From positions 9,672,001 to 9,736,000 of the forward strand of contig CM022672.1 in NCBI GenBank assembly GCA_012295275.1: 64,000 nt of DNA, read 5' to 3'. The notes under the pieces were generated by a model, which made no database searches, was not told the origin of the DNA, and worked only from the letters and a program-made list of their open reading frames with translations. Position numbers and translations under genes: made by a program. This DNA is from Chrysomallon squamiferum. Taxonomy: Eukaryota; Animalia; Mollusca. Shown here piece by piece: positions 51,938-61,100 of this stretch (within the stretch, counting starts at the first letter, position 1; each line of letters opens with the position of its first letter).

Positions 51938-54248
51938 TTATTATTATTATTCATTTTACTGACAGAAATTATTTGCAAATGATGATGTTAAAAGTGTTAC
52001 ATATCATAAAAAAGTGTTATTCAAATATATATTCAAATATAATTAATTGTAAATGCACTGTTAATATAATAATAATAATGTTATTATTATGATGATTATG
52101 GTAACTCAGATGAAATGTATTTGTCCCTTGTTTGGCTACACAGAAGTTGAAGTTGATGAATGTGCAGAAAACACACACAAATGTGATAGCCATGCCACAT
52201 GCAAAACAAATAAAGATGGTTATACATGTACATGTAATGCTGGTTATGAAGGAGATGGATACCAGTGCAGAGGTAAATATTTGCATGAAATAATAGAAAT
52301 AATATTCAACATTTTGTTAAATAAAAGATTCATTTCATTCATTTCATCCATTTCAGATACTTTAGGATAATTAATCGATTTGCTGGTATTGTTCAGGTTT
52401 TAAGTTTTTTTTTAGGGGGGTCTTACTTTCACTGATGATAAAACAATCTATAATTTCTATTAATTAGAAAAAGGAAATGAACTCAGAAACCAGTTTAATA
52501 ATTACAGAAAATAACAACTTAATATTTGCAACATATTAAAATATCTGTAGTATTTAGTTTAAATAATGTATTGTTATTATTTTTCAAATATTACTGTAAT
52601 GTATGTTAATATCCTTACAGAAAAGGACACTGATGAATGTTATACTGGTACACACAAATGCCATGACAATGCAACCTGTATAAATACATATGGTAGTTAC
52701 ACCTGTAAATGCCATGCTGGCTTTACAGGTGATGGATTTAATTGTATAGGTAAAGAAGTTTATATACATTGGATAGATAATTCGTATTGCATGTTTAATT
52801 TAATTACTAGAAGGAAATGAAAACAATTTGTTACAACTCTCAGTAACAAAAACATATAGCAGGAAATTGGATTATTATTATTTATTTATTTATTGCAGTT
52901 TTGTGCTACATCTATACTGCTTTATTTATTCAGAAATGGAAAAGAGAAGTAGCAATAGCAGTAATAATTATATTTTTACTGAAGATACAATAAATACAAA
53001 CTGAATTAAGAGACAGATAAAATACTTTAAAGTTTTGGACTTGATTTTTATCAATTCTAAAAACACTATTCATTGCTGTATTTCTTTTAGAAATAATCGC
53101 TGACCCCTGTAAATACAATAAATGTCATCAGTATGCTACGTGCACTGACTCTGGCAATGGTGGTTACATGTGTACATGTTTAGAAGGTTATAAAGGAAAT
53201 GGATATTCCTGTACAAGTAACATCAAATTACTTTCATTTTACCAATGCATGTTTATACAAGTAAACGTTTTATAAACTTTCAGTAAAATAGAAAATTTCA
53301 AGTAAATTACAAAAATATAAATGAATAACAAAAAATTGAATTATATATAAATATTTTGTCTTTTATTTTTATAACTATGTCTATTTTATTTTGATTTTAA
53401 AAACCTTCACCAACTAAAAATATATAAAATATTTTATACATTAATATATGTCACCATTAGAAGTAAATATCACAAATTGTTCAATATATTAACAAAATAT
53501 AATTGAGGAGAAGTTAAATTATTACTTACTAAATTAATGCTAATATAAATTTATTCATATACCTAGCTTTGGTATTATATTATTATTATTGGTCGTTTTT
53601 TGGTACCAAAATTAAAATTATAAGAAAAATCATTTTCATTTTCAGAACAAATTGTTGATCAGTGTGCTGAAGGTACAAATAAATGTCACTACAACGCCAT
53701 ATGTACCAACATGAATGATGGTCATTACTCTTGTACATGCAAACCTGGTTACCAAGGAGATGGATATACTTGTAAACGTATGCATTCTTCATAAATGTTT
53801 AGAGTTTAAACATTTTATAAACGCTGGTTTTTTAAATTATATTTTCATCCTAAGAACATGATGTATTTCAATTAAATTTTAAATGTGAGTTTCATTTGGC
53901 AGTAAAGAAAAATAATTTTATAATATCAAAATTTGTTTGTCAAACGAATGACAGTATGATTCACATATGTATTGAACTGTTACTTTCAAATAATAATCAT
54001 GTCAATAAATATTTTCTGTATTAAAATATTCACAATCAGTTTTCTGTTAAATGTACTACAAATATACAAACACATTTATAAATATATATGAATGTATTAT
54101 CATATCAATATTTTTTGTGTGTTAGGTATGGATGCTTGTTTCTATGGCGGTCACCAGTGTGATGAGAATGCTATTTGCACTGTAAATGGAAACAACTATA
54201 TGTGTAAATGCAAAGATGGCTACATTGGAAATGGATACAGTTGCATAG
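5827..54248 (+). CDS. Large secreted multi-exon protein with CBM14-like chitin-binding modules and ~44 EGF/cbEGF repeats (3' incomplete)
   Basis: About 55 coding exons with AG/GT boundaries. All internal exons are phase 1-1 with lengths divisible by 3 and open frames. Signal peptide, 6-Cys EGF motifs (C-x-C-xx-GY-x-G-DG-xx-C) and CBM14-like Cys/aromatic patterns. Summed CDS ~6.6 kb, no stop found. Confidence 0.9.
6515..6649 (+). CDS. CBM14-like module type A, copy 1 ([19 protein letters not shown]...[16 protein letters not shown])
   Basis: ttag|...|gtaatt, 135 nt; P-x-D-x-C-x-Y and CPxG motifs. Confidence 0.8.
6905..6981. repeat. Compound (TG)n(AG)n microsatellite
   Basis: Seen directly. 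Confidence 0.95.
7079..7282 (+). CDS. CBM14-like module type B, copy 1 (DPCANMED...CYGYYKC...FC...QC...TC)
   Basis: acag|...|gtaaga, 204 nt, 6 Cys in peritrophin-A spacing. Confidence 0.85.
7293..7378. repeat. (CT)n microsatellite
   Basis: Seen directly, ~10 nt after a donor site. Confidence 0.95.
7635..7697 (+). CDS. Linker exon ([21 protein letters not shown])
   Basis: ttttag|...G|gtaagt, 63 nt, phase 1-1, open. Confidence 0.65.
8605..8715 (+). CDS. Array EGF exon 1 ([37 protein letters not shown])
   Basis: tttcag|111 nt|gtaagc, 6 Cys. Confidence 0.9.
9447..9557 (+). CDS. Array EGF exon 2
   Basis: Same nucleotide sequence as exon 1; splice sites intact. Confidence 0.9.
10292..10402 (+). 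CDS. Array EGF exon 3 (V..NEKC..GQRK type)
   Basis: Splice sites intact, frame open. Confidence 0.9.
11125..11235 (+). CDS. Array EGF exon 4 (D..NERC..GERK type)
   Basis: Splice sites intact, frame open. Confidence 0.9.
11985..12095 (+). CDS. Array EGF exon 5 (V type)
   Basis: Splice sites intact, frame open. Confidence 0.9.
12836..12946 (+). CDS. Array EGF exon 6 (D type)
   Basis: Splice sites intact, frame open. Confidence 0.9.
13688..13798 (+). CDS. Array EGF exon 7 (V type)
   Basis: Splice sites intact, frame open. Confidence 0.9.
14529..14639 (+). CDS. Array EGF exon 8 (D type)
   Basis: Splice sites intact, frame open. Confidence 0.9.
15359..15469 (+). CDS. Array EGF exon 9 (D type)
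   Basis: Splice sites intact, frame open. Confidence 0.9.
16213..16323 (+). CDS. Array EGF exon 10 (V type)
   Basis: Splice sites intact, frame open. Confidence 0.9.
17052..17162 (+). CDS. Array EGF exon 11 (D type)
   Basis: Splice sites intact, frame open. Confidence 0.9.
17872..17982 (+). CDS. Array EGF exon 12 (V type, ends VCI)
   Basis: Splice sites intact, frame open. Confidence 0.9.
   Translation: MIHVETADKMKNVLLTRVKENAFAVTDFTETANMYA
18701..18811 (+). CDS. Array EGF exon 13 (mosaic; GFHR..VCI)
   Basis: Splice sites intact, frame open. Confidence 0.9.
   Translation: MIHVEAADKMKNVLLTRVKENAFAVTDFTETANMYA
19516..19626 (+). CDS. Array EGF exon 14 (D type)
   Basis: Splice sites intact, frame open. 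Confidence 0.9.
20359..20469 (+). CDS. Array EGF exon 15 (mosaic)
   Basis: Splice sites intact, frame open. Confidence 0.9.
21183..21293 (+). CDS. Array EGF exon 16 (..YRNNQYVCT)
   Basis: Splice sites intact, frame open. Confidence 0.9.
22000..22011 (+). pseudogene. Truncated 17th array exon (acceptor + VDPC only)
   Basis: tttcag|ttgacccatgta then jumps to the intron sequence tacagcagtagtaatcgg; the rest of the exon and the donor are deleted. Confidence 0.85.
23540..23662 (+). CDS. cbEGF exon ([41 protein letters not shown])
   Basis: D-x-N-E-C and C-x-N-x-x-G-S-Y calcium-binding consensus; acag|..|gtgagt. Confidence 0.9.
23752..23812. repeat. (CA)n microsatellite (paralogous copies near 30331 and 31604)
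   Basis: Seen directly. Confidence 0.9.
23893..24021 (+). CDS. EGF exon (..[39 protein letters not shown])
   Basis: tttcag|129 nt|gtaaag. Confidence 0.88.
24619..24741 (+). CDS. cbEGF exon ([27 protein letters not shown]..)
   Basis: acag|123 nt|gtgagt. Confidence 0.9.
24892..25017 (+). CDS. EGF exon (..[41 protein letters not shown])
   Basis: tttcag|126 nt|gtgggt. Confidence 0.85.
25519..25662 (+). CDS. CBM14-like module type A, copy 2 ([39 protein letters not shown])
   Basis: tgcag|144 nt|gtaaat; homologous to the exon at 6515. Confidence 0.8.
25903..26106 (+). CDS. CBM14-like module type B, copy 2
   Basis: ttcag|204 nt|gtatgt; 6 Cys; same length as the exon at 7079. Confidence 0.85.
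26522..26554 (+). CDS. 33-nt micro-exon [11 protein letters not shown]
   Basis: tttcag|..CAG|gtaagt, phase 1-1; identical copy at 34732. Confidence 0.8.
26938..27066 (+). CDS. EGF exon ([33 protein letters not shown])
   Basis: ttcag|129 nt|gtttgt. Confidence 0.88.
27637..27663 (+). CDS. Candidate 27-nt micro-exon AVTYSEMVK
   Basis: Long polypyrimidine tract ..cctcag|, donor gtaagt, phase 1-1. Confidence 0.55.
28109..28237 (+). CDS. EGF exon (..[41 protein letters not shown])
   Basis: tttcag|129 nt|gtgggt. Confidence 0.85.
29878..30000 (+). CDS. cbEGF exon (DINEC type)
   Basis: atag|123 nt|gtgagt. Confidence 0.88.
30433..30561 (+). CDS. EGF exon (LDIAECVPG type)
   Basis: tttcag|129 nt|gtaaag. 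Confidence 0.88.
31212..31334 (+). CDS. cbEGF exon (DINEC type)
   Basis: acag|123 nt|gtgagt. Confidence 0.88.
31714..31842 (+). CDS. EGF exon (LDIAECVPG type)
   Basis: tttcag|129 nt|gtaaag. Confidence 0.88.
32266..32388 (+). CDS. cbEGF exon (DINEC type)
   Basis: acag|123 nt|gtgagt. Confidence 0.88.
32540..32610 (+). pseudogene. Dead cbEGF exon remnant ([21 protein letters not shown])
   Basis: Acceptor intact, but frameshift/stop and 3' half missing. Confidence 0.7.
32712..32849 (+). CDS. EGF exon (..[16 protein letters not shown]..)
   Basis: tttcag|138 nt|gtgggt; paralogue of the exon at 24892. Confidence 0.85.
33352..33495 (+). CDS. CBM14-like module type A, copy 3
   Basis: Same protein sequence as 25519 with synonymous differences. 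Confidence 0.8.
33663..33778 (+). pseudogene. Partial duplicate of CBM type B exon ending in in-frame TAA
   Basis: [38 protein letters not shown]; acceptor intact, no donor. Confidence 0.75.
34008..34211 (+). CDS. CBM14-like module type B, copy 3
   Basis: ttcag|204 nt|gtatgt. Confidence 0.85.
34732..34764 (+). CDS. 33-nt micro-exon [11 protein letters not shown], copy 2
   Basis: Identical to 26522-26554. Confidence 0.8.
35124..35252 (+). CDS. EGF exon (DVPLTGC type), copy 2
   Basis: ttcag|129 nt|gtttgt. Confidence 0.88.
36127..36252 (+). CDS. EGF exon (..[40 protein letters not shown])
   Basis: Open 6-Cys EGF. Acceptor is aag (or tag 6 nt later); donor gtaaaa is weak. Confidence 0.75.
36926..37054 (+). 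pseudogene. Full-length dead cbEGF exon with three in-frame TAA
   Basis: [39 protein letters not shown]. Confidence 0.85.
37375..37503 (+). CDS. cbEGF exon ([28 protein letters not shown]..)
   Basis: gtag|129 nt|gtaagt. Confidence 0.9.
37900..38028 (+). CDS. cbEGF exon ([28 protein letters not shown]..)
   Basis: acag|129 nt|gtaaag. Confidence 0.9.
38341..38466 (+). CDS. EGF exon ([31 protein letters not shown])
   Basis: ttcag|126 nt|gtaggt. Confidence 0.88.
39978..40109 (+). CDS. EGF exon ([19 protein letters not shown]..)
   Basis: atag|132 nt|gtaagt. Confidence 0.88.
40730..40864 (+). CDS. EGF exon ([30 protein letters not shown]..)
   Basis: tttag|135 nt|gtaaaa. Confidence 0.85.
43960..44030 (+). 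pseudogene. Degenerate 5' half of a cbEGF exon
   Basis: [10 protein letters not shown]..; acceptor lost; homologue at 48345. Confidence 0.55.
44577..44708 (+). CDS. EGF exon ([19 protein letters not shown]..)
   Basis: tttcag|132 nt|gtaaat. Confidence 0.88.
45240..45374 (+). CDS. EGF exon ([12 protein letters not shown]..)
   Basis: tttag|135 nt|gtaaaa. Confidence 0.85.
48345..48420 (+). pseudogene. Degenerate 5' half of a cbEGF exon
   Basis: [11 protein letters not shown]/(frameshift)[12 protein letters not shown], then truncated. Confidence 0.65.
48441..48997 (-). mobile_element. Truncated Merlin-superfamily (IS1595/ISXO2-like) DNA transposon; transposase C-terminal remnant at 48661-48899
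   Basis: ~560-bp segment absent from the paralogous intron at ~44045. Minus strand reads [46 protein letters not shown], matching the H-x-TVNH...DP-x-TG-x-x-T-x-x-IE-x-x-W motif. Contains a frameshift and stops. Confidence 0.75.
49573..49704 (+). CDS. EGF exon (NVVDPCITG type), copy 2
   Basis: tttcag|132 nt|gtaaat; only synonymous differences from 44577. Confidence 0.88.
49988..50122 (+). CDS. EGF exon ([12 protein letters not shown]..)
   Basis: tttag|135 nt|gtaaat. Confidence 0.85.
52144..52272 (+). CDS. EGF exon ([19 protein letters not shown]..)
   Basis: acag|129 nt|gtaaat. Confidence 0.88.
52621..52749 (+). CDS. cbEGF exon ([29 protein letters not shown]..)
   Basis: ttacag|129 nt|gtaaag. 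Confidence 0.9.
53091..53216 (+). CDS. EGF exon ([18 protein letters not shown]..)
   Basis: ttttag|126 nt|gtaaca. Confidence 0.85.
53646..53777 (+). CDS. EGF exon ([29 protein letters not shown]..)
   Basis: tttcag|132 nt|gtatgc. Confidence 0.88.
54126..54248 (+). CDS. EGF exon ([31 protein letters not shown]); last exon found
   Basis: ttag|123 nt|gtcagt; ends in a donor, not a stop. Confidence 0.88.
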
Positions 54249-54519
54249 GTCAGTATAGAAATTAGAGCAAAACATAAATGACTTGTTTTCTTCTTCCTTT
54301 TTTAACAACACCTCAAAATACTGAGGTATGATTAATATTAAATGTCAAACATAATACGAGTAAAACTCTAGAAACCATACATATAATAGATCTGTTTTGT
54401 TAAATATTAAAATCTGAAATAATGGTACAGTTCAGATGAAACAATTTACATATTATTAATAATCTAAATGTTTAATTGTTATGGTAAATTATGTAATCAG
54501 ATTCAAATCAGCTAACAAC

Positions 54520-54570
<51 letters not shown>

Positions 54571-55189
54571 ATATTTTAATTCTATTGTTTGCCTTCTTTT
54601 TTTTGGGGGGGTGGCTTTCATAGATTGTATTTCTTAACAAGTTAACATATATTAAATAGTATTATATAGGCCTACGTACGTGAACATTTTCAAATTTATT
54701 AATTTTCTAAAACATTATATATCATTAGAAAGAGAGGGGAAAAAATACTTTTAAAATGATACCAAGATCTCTTTGATAGCTTTGAATTACGAATTTTTAT
54801 TGGAATAAAATATGCGGTTATTTTTTTCATCTTAATCTTCTAGCAAAGTGTGATCCGTTTCTATCATTTTGTAGCATAAACAATGAATATCTCCCATAAC
54901 TTCAATCCACTATATATGTATTATATATCAAAACAAAGCATTTTATGAGTTTTAAACATGTACTGTATTTCTAAACCAGTTGCTAAAACTCATGAATTTT
55001 AGTTAATTAATTAACCGAACTAATTTTCCGTATGCCAATGTTTGTCAACACCGGTCCGAGTCAATCAAAAAGCGCCGTTGAAGTCACATGACTAGTATCT
55101 ATTTGTTATTATCGTTTGAAATTACAGTCATCCAAGTATGTACATGAAAAATTATGTTCTTTAAATATTAAAAAACAAACAAAAAACGT

Positions 55190-58100
55190 TCCTACCCCAC
55201 AAATCTTCAATGGCTTCAAATTTAGTTAATTAAAAAGTCATGAAATACTTTATTTTGAATAGTCATGTTGCTTGAAAACTATTGATATTTTTATTCCAGT
55301 TTTCCTTTGGTATTAGTACCACTATATATTTCTTTATATTTCTTCTGTGAGAGATGTTCACTGACATATTCAGAGTTACGGACTTTGTGTGAAAGTTGTT
55401 CAATGATCTATTTAGAGTTACAGCCCTTATGTGAGAGGTGTTCACCGATATATTTAGAGTACAGCCAATACAGCCAATACACCTCTAACATATATTAACT
55501 AACTGATAAATCTTCAGTCGCTTCAAATTTGGTTAATTAAAAAGTCCTGAAATATTTTGTTTTGAACAGTCAGTTTGCTTGAAAACTGCTGATGTTTTCA
55601 ATTCAGTTTTCATTTGGTATTAGTACCAACCTTTATTTCTTTACCGTACCGCCTTTGTCTGAGAGATCCTCACTGATATATTTAGAGTTACAGCCCTTAT
55701 GTGAGATGTGTTCACCGATATATTTAGAGATACAGCCCTTATGTGAGATGTGTTCACCGATATAAATAGATACAGCCGTTATGTCAGAGGTCTTTACCGA
55801 TACATTTAGAGTTACAGCCCTTATGTGAGATGTGTTCACCGATATATTTAAAGTTACAGCCCTTATGTGAGAGGTGTTAACCGATATATTTAGAGTTACA
55901 GCCATTATGTGAGATGTGTTCACCGATATATTTAGAGTTACAGCCCTTATGTGAGAGGTGTTAACCGATATATTTAGAGTTACAGCCATTATGTGAGATG
56001 TGTTCACCAATATAAATAGTGTTACAGCCCTTAGGTGAGAGGTGTTCACCGATATATTTAGAGTTACAGCCCTTATGTGAGATGTGTTCACCGATATATT
56101 TAGAGTTACAGCCCTTATGTGAGAGGTGTTCACCGATATATTTAGTTACAGCCATTATGTGAGATGTCTTCACCGATATAAATAGAGTTACAGCCCTTAT
56201 GTGAGAGGTGTTCACCGATATATTTTGAGCAACCGCCCTTATGTGAGCAATTATTGCGCAGAAACAGAACAAGACATACATAATTAGACAAATTTTGTAC
56301 ATGTGTAAAAGTGACTTTTTTCTTCTTTTTATTTACTATGGAAAGGCATTTAAATGCCAGTTTTAATGACATAATGTAAAATACAATTAAATAGTTAATA
56401 GTTCATTTACTTACTGTGCTAGTTTCTGATTAACATGTGAATGTAGTTTTATTAATGAGGTTTATTTTTTCATTAATTTGTGCACTTCCATATCCAGATA
56501 TTAACTACCTGACAAGTCTCCCTCACAAGTCTTCAGTCTCTTCAAATTTGGTTAAATAAAAAGTCCTTAAATATTTTGTTTTGAATAGTCATGTTGCTTG
56601 AAAACTGCTCATGATTTTAGTACTGTTTTCCTTTCCTATAAGTACCATTATTTATTTATTTCTGCTAACGCCTTTCTCTGAGAGATGTTCACTGATATAT
56701 TTAGAGTTACAGCCCTTATGTGAGAGGTGTTCACCGATATAAATAGAGTTACAGCCCTTATGTGAGAGGTGTTCACCGATATAAATAGAGTTACAGCCCT
56801 TTTGTGAGAGGTGTTCACCGCTATATTCAGAGTTACAGCCCTTATGTGAGATGTGTTCACATATATAAATAGAGTTACAGCCCTTATGTGAGAGGTGTTC
56901 ACCGATATATTTAGAGTTACAGCCCTTATTTGAGATGTGTTTACCGATATAAATAGAGTTACAGCCCTTATATGAGAGGTGTTCACCGATATATTTAGAG
57001 TTACAGCCCTTATGTGAGATGTGTTCACCGATATAAATAGAGTTACATCCCTTTTGTGAGATATGTTCACCGATATAAATAGAGTTACAGCCCTTACGAG
57101 AGAGGTGTTCACCGATATATTTAGAGTTACAGCCCTTATGTGACATGTGTTCACCAATATAAATAGAGTTACAGCCCTTTTCTGAGAGGTGTTCACCGAT
57201 ATATTTAGAGTTACAGCCCTTATGTGAGAGGTGTTCACCGATATATTTAGAGTTACAGCCCTTATGTGAGATGTGTTCACCGATATAAATAGAGATACAG
57301 CCCTTATGTGAGAGGTGTTCACCGATATATTTTCAGCTATCCCCCTTGTGTGAGCAATTATTGCGCAGAAGCAGAACAAGACATACATAATTAGAGCAGA
57401 TTTGTACATGTGTAAAAATGACTTTCTCCTTCTTTTTGTTTACTATGCAAAAGCATTTAAATGCCAGTTTTAATGAGATAATGTAAAATACAATTAAATA
57501 GTTAATAGTTCATTTACTTACTCTGGTGGTTTCTGATTAACATGTGAAAGTAATCTTACTACTGAGGTTTATTTATTCATTAATTTTTGCACTTCCATAT
57601 CCATATATTAACTACTTGACAAGTCTCCCTCACAAGTCTTCAGTCGCTTCAAATTTGGTTAAATAAAAAGTCATTAAATATTTTGTTTTGAACAGTCATG
57701 TTGCTTGAAAACTGCTGATATTTTTCGTCCTGTTTTCCTTTCGTGTTAGTACCAGTTATTTATTTGTTTATGCTACCCACTTTCTCTGAGAGATGTTCAC
57801 TGATATATTTAGAGTTACAGCCCTTATGTGAGAGGTGTTCACCGATATAAATAGAGTTACAGCCCTTATGTGAGAGGTGTTCACCGATATATTTAGAGTT
57901 ACAGCCCTTATGTGAGAGGTGTTCACCGATATATTTAGAGTTACAGCCCTTATGTGAGATGTGTTCACCGATATAAATAGAGTTACATCCCTTATGTGAG
58001 ATATATAAATAGAGTTACAGCCCTTATGTGAGAGGTGTTCACCGATATATTTAGAGTTACAGCCTATGTGAGAGGTGTTCACCGATATAAATCAGATAAA

Positions 58101-61100
58101 TAGAGTTACAGCCCTTATGTGAGATGTGTTCACCGATATATTTAGAGTTACAGCCCTTATGTGAGATGTGTTCACCGATATAAATAGAGTTACAGCCCTT
58201 ATGTGAGAGGTGTTCACCGATATATTTAGAGTTACAGCCCTTATGTGAGATGTGTTCACCGATATAAATAGAGTTACAGCCCTTATGTGAGAGGTGTTCA
58301 CCGATATATTTAGAGTTACAGCCCTTATGTGAGATGTGTTCACCGATATAAATAGAGTTACAGCCCTTATGTGAGATGTGTTCACCGATATCTTTTCAGC
58401 TATCCCCTTCTGTGAGCAATTATTGCGCAGAAGCAGAACAAGACATACATAATTAGAGCAGATTTGTACATGTGTAAAAGTGACTTTCTCCTTCTTTTTC
58501 TTTACTATGCAAAAGCATTTAAATGCCAGTTTTAATGAGATAATGTAAAATACAATTAAATAGTTAATAGTTCATTTACTTACTCTGGTGGTTTTTGATT
58601 AACCTGTGAAAGTAGTCTTATTACTGAGGTTTATTTATTCATTAATTTTTGCACTTCCATATCCATATATTAACTACTTGACAAGTCTCCCTCACAAGTC
58701 TTCAGTCGCTTCAAATTTGGTTAAATAAAAAGTCATTAAATATTTTGTTTTGAACAGTCATGTTGCTTGAAAACTGCTGATATTTTTCGTCCTGTTTTCC
58801 TATCGTTTTAGTACCAGTTATTTATTTGTTTATGCTACCCCCTTTCTCTGAGAGATGTTCACTGATATATTTAGAGTTACAGCCCTTATGTGAGAGGTGT
58901 TCACCGATATAAATAGAGTTACAGCCCTTATGTGAGAGGTGTTCAACGATATATTTAGAGTTACATCCCTTATGTGAGAGGTGTTCACCGATATATTTAG
59001 AGTTACAGCCCTTATGTGAGAGGTGTTCACCGATATATTTAGAGTTACAGCCCTTATGTGAGATGTGTTCACCGATATAAATAGAGTTACAGCCCTTATG
59101 TGAGAGGTGTTCACCGATATATTTAGAGTTACAGCCCTTATGTGAGATGTGTTCACCGATATAAATAGAGTTACAGCCCTTATGTGAGAGGTGTTCACCG
59201 ATATATTTAGAGTTACAGCCCTTATGTGAGATGTGTTCACCGATATAAATAGAGTTACAGCCCTTATGTGAGATGTGTTCACCGATATAAATAGAGTTAC
59301 AGCCCTTTTGTGAGAGGTGTTCACCGATATATTTAGAGTTACAGCCCTTATGTGAGATGTGTTCACCGATATATAGAGTTACAGCCCTTATGTGAGAGGT
59401 GTTCACCGATATATTTAGAGTTACAGCCCTTATGTGAGATGTGTTCACCGATATAAATAGAGTTACAGCCCTTATGTGAGATGTGTTCACCGATATAAAT
59501 AGAGTTACAGCCCTTATGTGAGACGTGTTCACCGATATATTTAGAGTTACAGCCCTTATGTGAGATGTGTTCACCGATATAAATAGAGTTACAAGCCCTT
59601 TTGTGTGAGAGGTGTTCACCGATATATTTAGAGTTACAGCCCTTATGTGAGATGTGTTCACCGATATAAATAGAGTTACAGCCCTTATGTGAGATGTGTT
59701 CACCGATATATTTAGAGTTACAGCCCTTATGTGAGATGTGTTCACCGATATATTTAGAGTTACAGCCCTTATGTGAGATGTGTTCACCGATATCTTTTCA
59801 GCTATCCCCTTCTGTGAGCAATTATTGCGCAGAAGCAGAACAAGAGATACATAATTAGAGCAGATTTGTACATGTGTAAAAGTGACTTTCTACTTCTTTT
59901 TCTTTACTATGCAAAAGCATTTAAATGCCAGTTTTAATGACATAATGTAAAATACAATTAAATAGTTAATAGTTCATTTACTTACTCTGGTGGTTTCTGA
60001 TTAACATGTGAAAGTAGTCTTACTACTGAGGTTTATTTATTCATTAATTTTTGCACTTCCATATCCGTATATTAACTACTTGACAAGTCTCCCTCACAAG
60101 TCTTCAGTCGCTTCAAATTTGGTTAAATAAAAAGTCATTAAATATTTTGTTTTGAACAGTCATGTTGCTTGAAAACTGCTGATATTTTTCGTCCTGTTTT
60201 CCTATCGTTTTAGTACCAGTTATTTATTTGTTTATGCTACCCCCTTTCTCTGAGAGATGTTCACTGATATATTTAGAGTTACAGCCCTTATGTGAGAGGT
60301 GTTCACCGATATATTTAGAGTTACAGCCCTTATGTGAGAGGTGTTCACCGATATATTTAGAGTTACAGCCCTTATGTGAGATGTGTTCACCGATATAAAT
60401 AGAGTTACAGCCCTTATGTGAGAGGTGTTCACCGATATATTTAGAGTTACAGCCCTTATGTGAGATGTGTTCACCGATATATTTAGAGTTACAGCCCTTA
60501 TGTGAGATGTGTTCACCGATATAAATAGAGTTACAGCCCTTATGTGAGATGTGTTCACCGATATAAATAGAGTTACAGCCCTTATGTGAGATGTGTTCAC
60601 CGATATATTTAGAGTTACAGCCCTTATGTGAGATGTGTTCACCGATATAAATAGAGTTACATGTGTTCCACCGATATATTTAGAGTTACATCCCTTATGT
60701 GAGAGGTGTTCACCGATATATTTAGAGTTACAGCCCTTATGTGAGATGTGTTCACCGATATAAATAGAGTTACATCCCTTATGTGAGAGGTGTTCACCGA
60801 TATATTTAGAGTTACAGCCCTTATGTGAGATGTGTTCACCGTATAAATAGAAATACCCCCTTATAAGAGGTGTTCACCGATATATTTAGAGTTACAGCCC
60901 TTATGTGAGATGTGTTCACCGATATAAATAGAGTTACAGCCCTTTTGTGAGAGGTGTTCACCGATATATTTAGAGTTACAGCCCTTATGTGAGATGTGTT
61001 CACCGATATAAATAGAGTTACAGCCCTTATGTGAGAGGTGTTCACCGATATATTTAGAGTTACAGCCCTTATGTGAGATGTGTTCACCGATATAAATAGA

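Larger units (their letters stand above)
39900..52000 (+). repeat. ~4.5-5 kb segmental triplication, each copy with a DPC-type plus a KCLNGG-type EGF exon pair and a long homologous intron
   Basis: Exon pairs at 39978/40730, 44577/45240 and 49573/49988; the introns align by eye. Boundaries approximate. Confidence 0.85.

Noticed and set aside
5827-54248. Calling the gene fibrillin, Notch, nidogen or SCUBE
   Set aside because: No TB, LNR/ankyrin, NIDO/G2 or CUB modules were seen, and the CBM14-like pairs do not fit those families.
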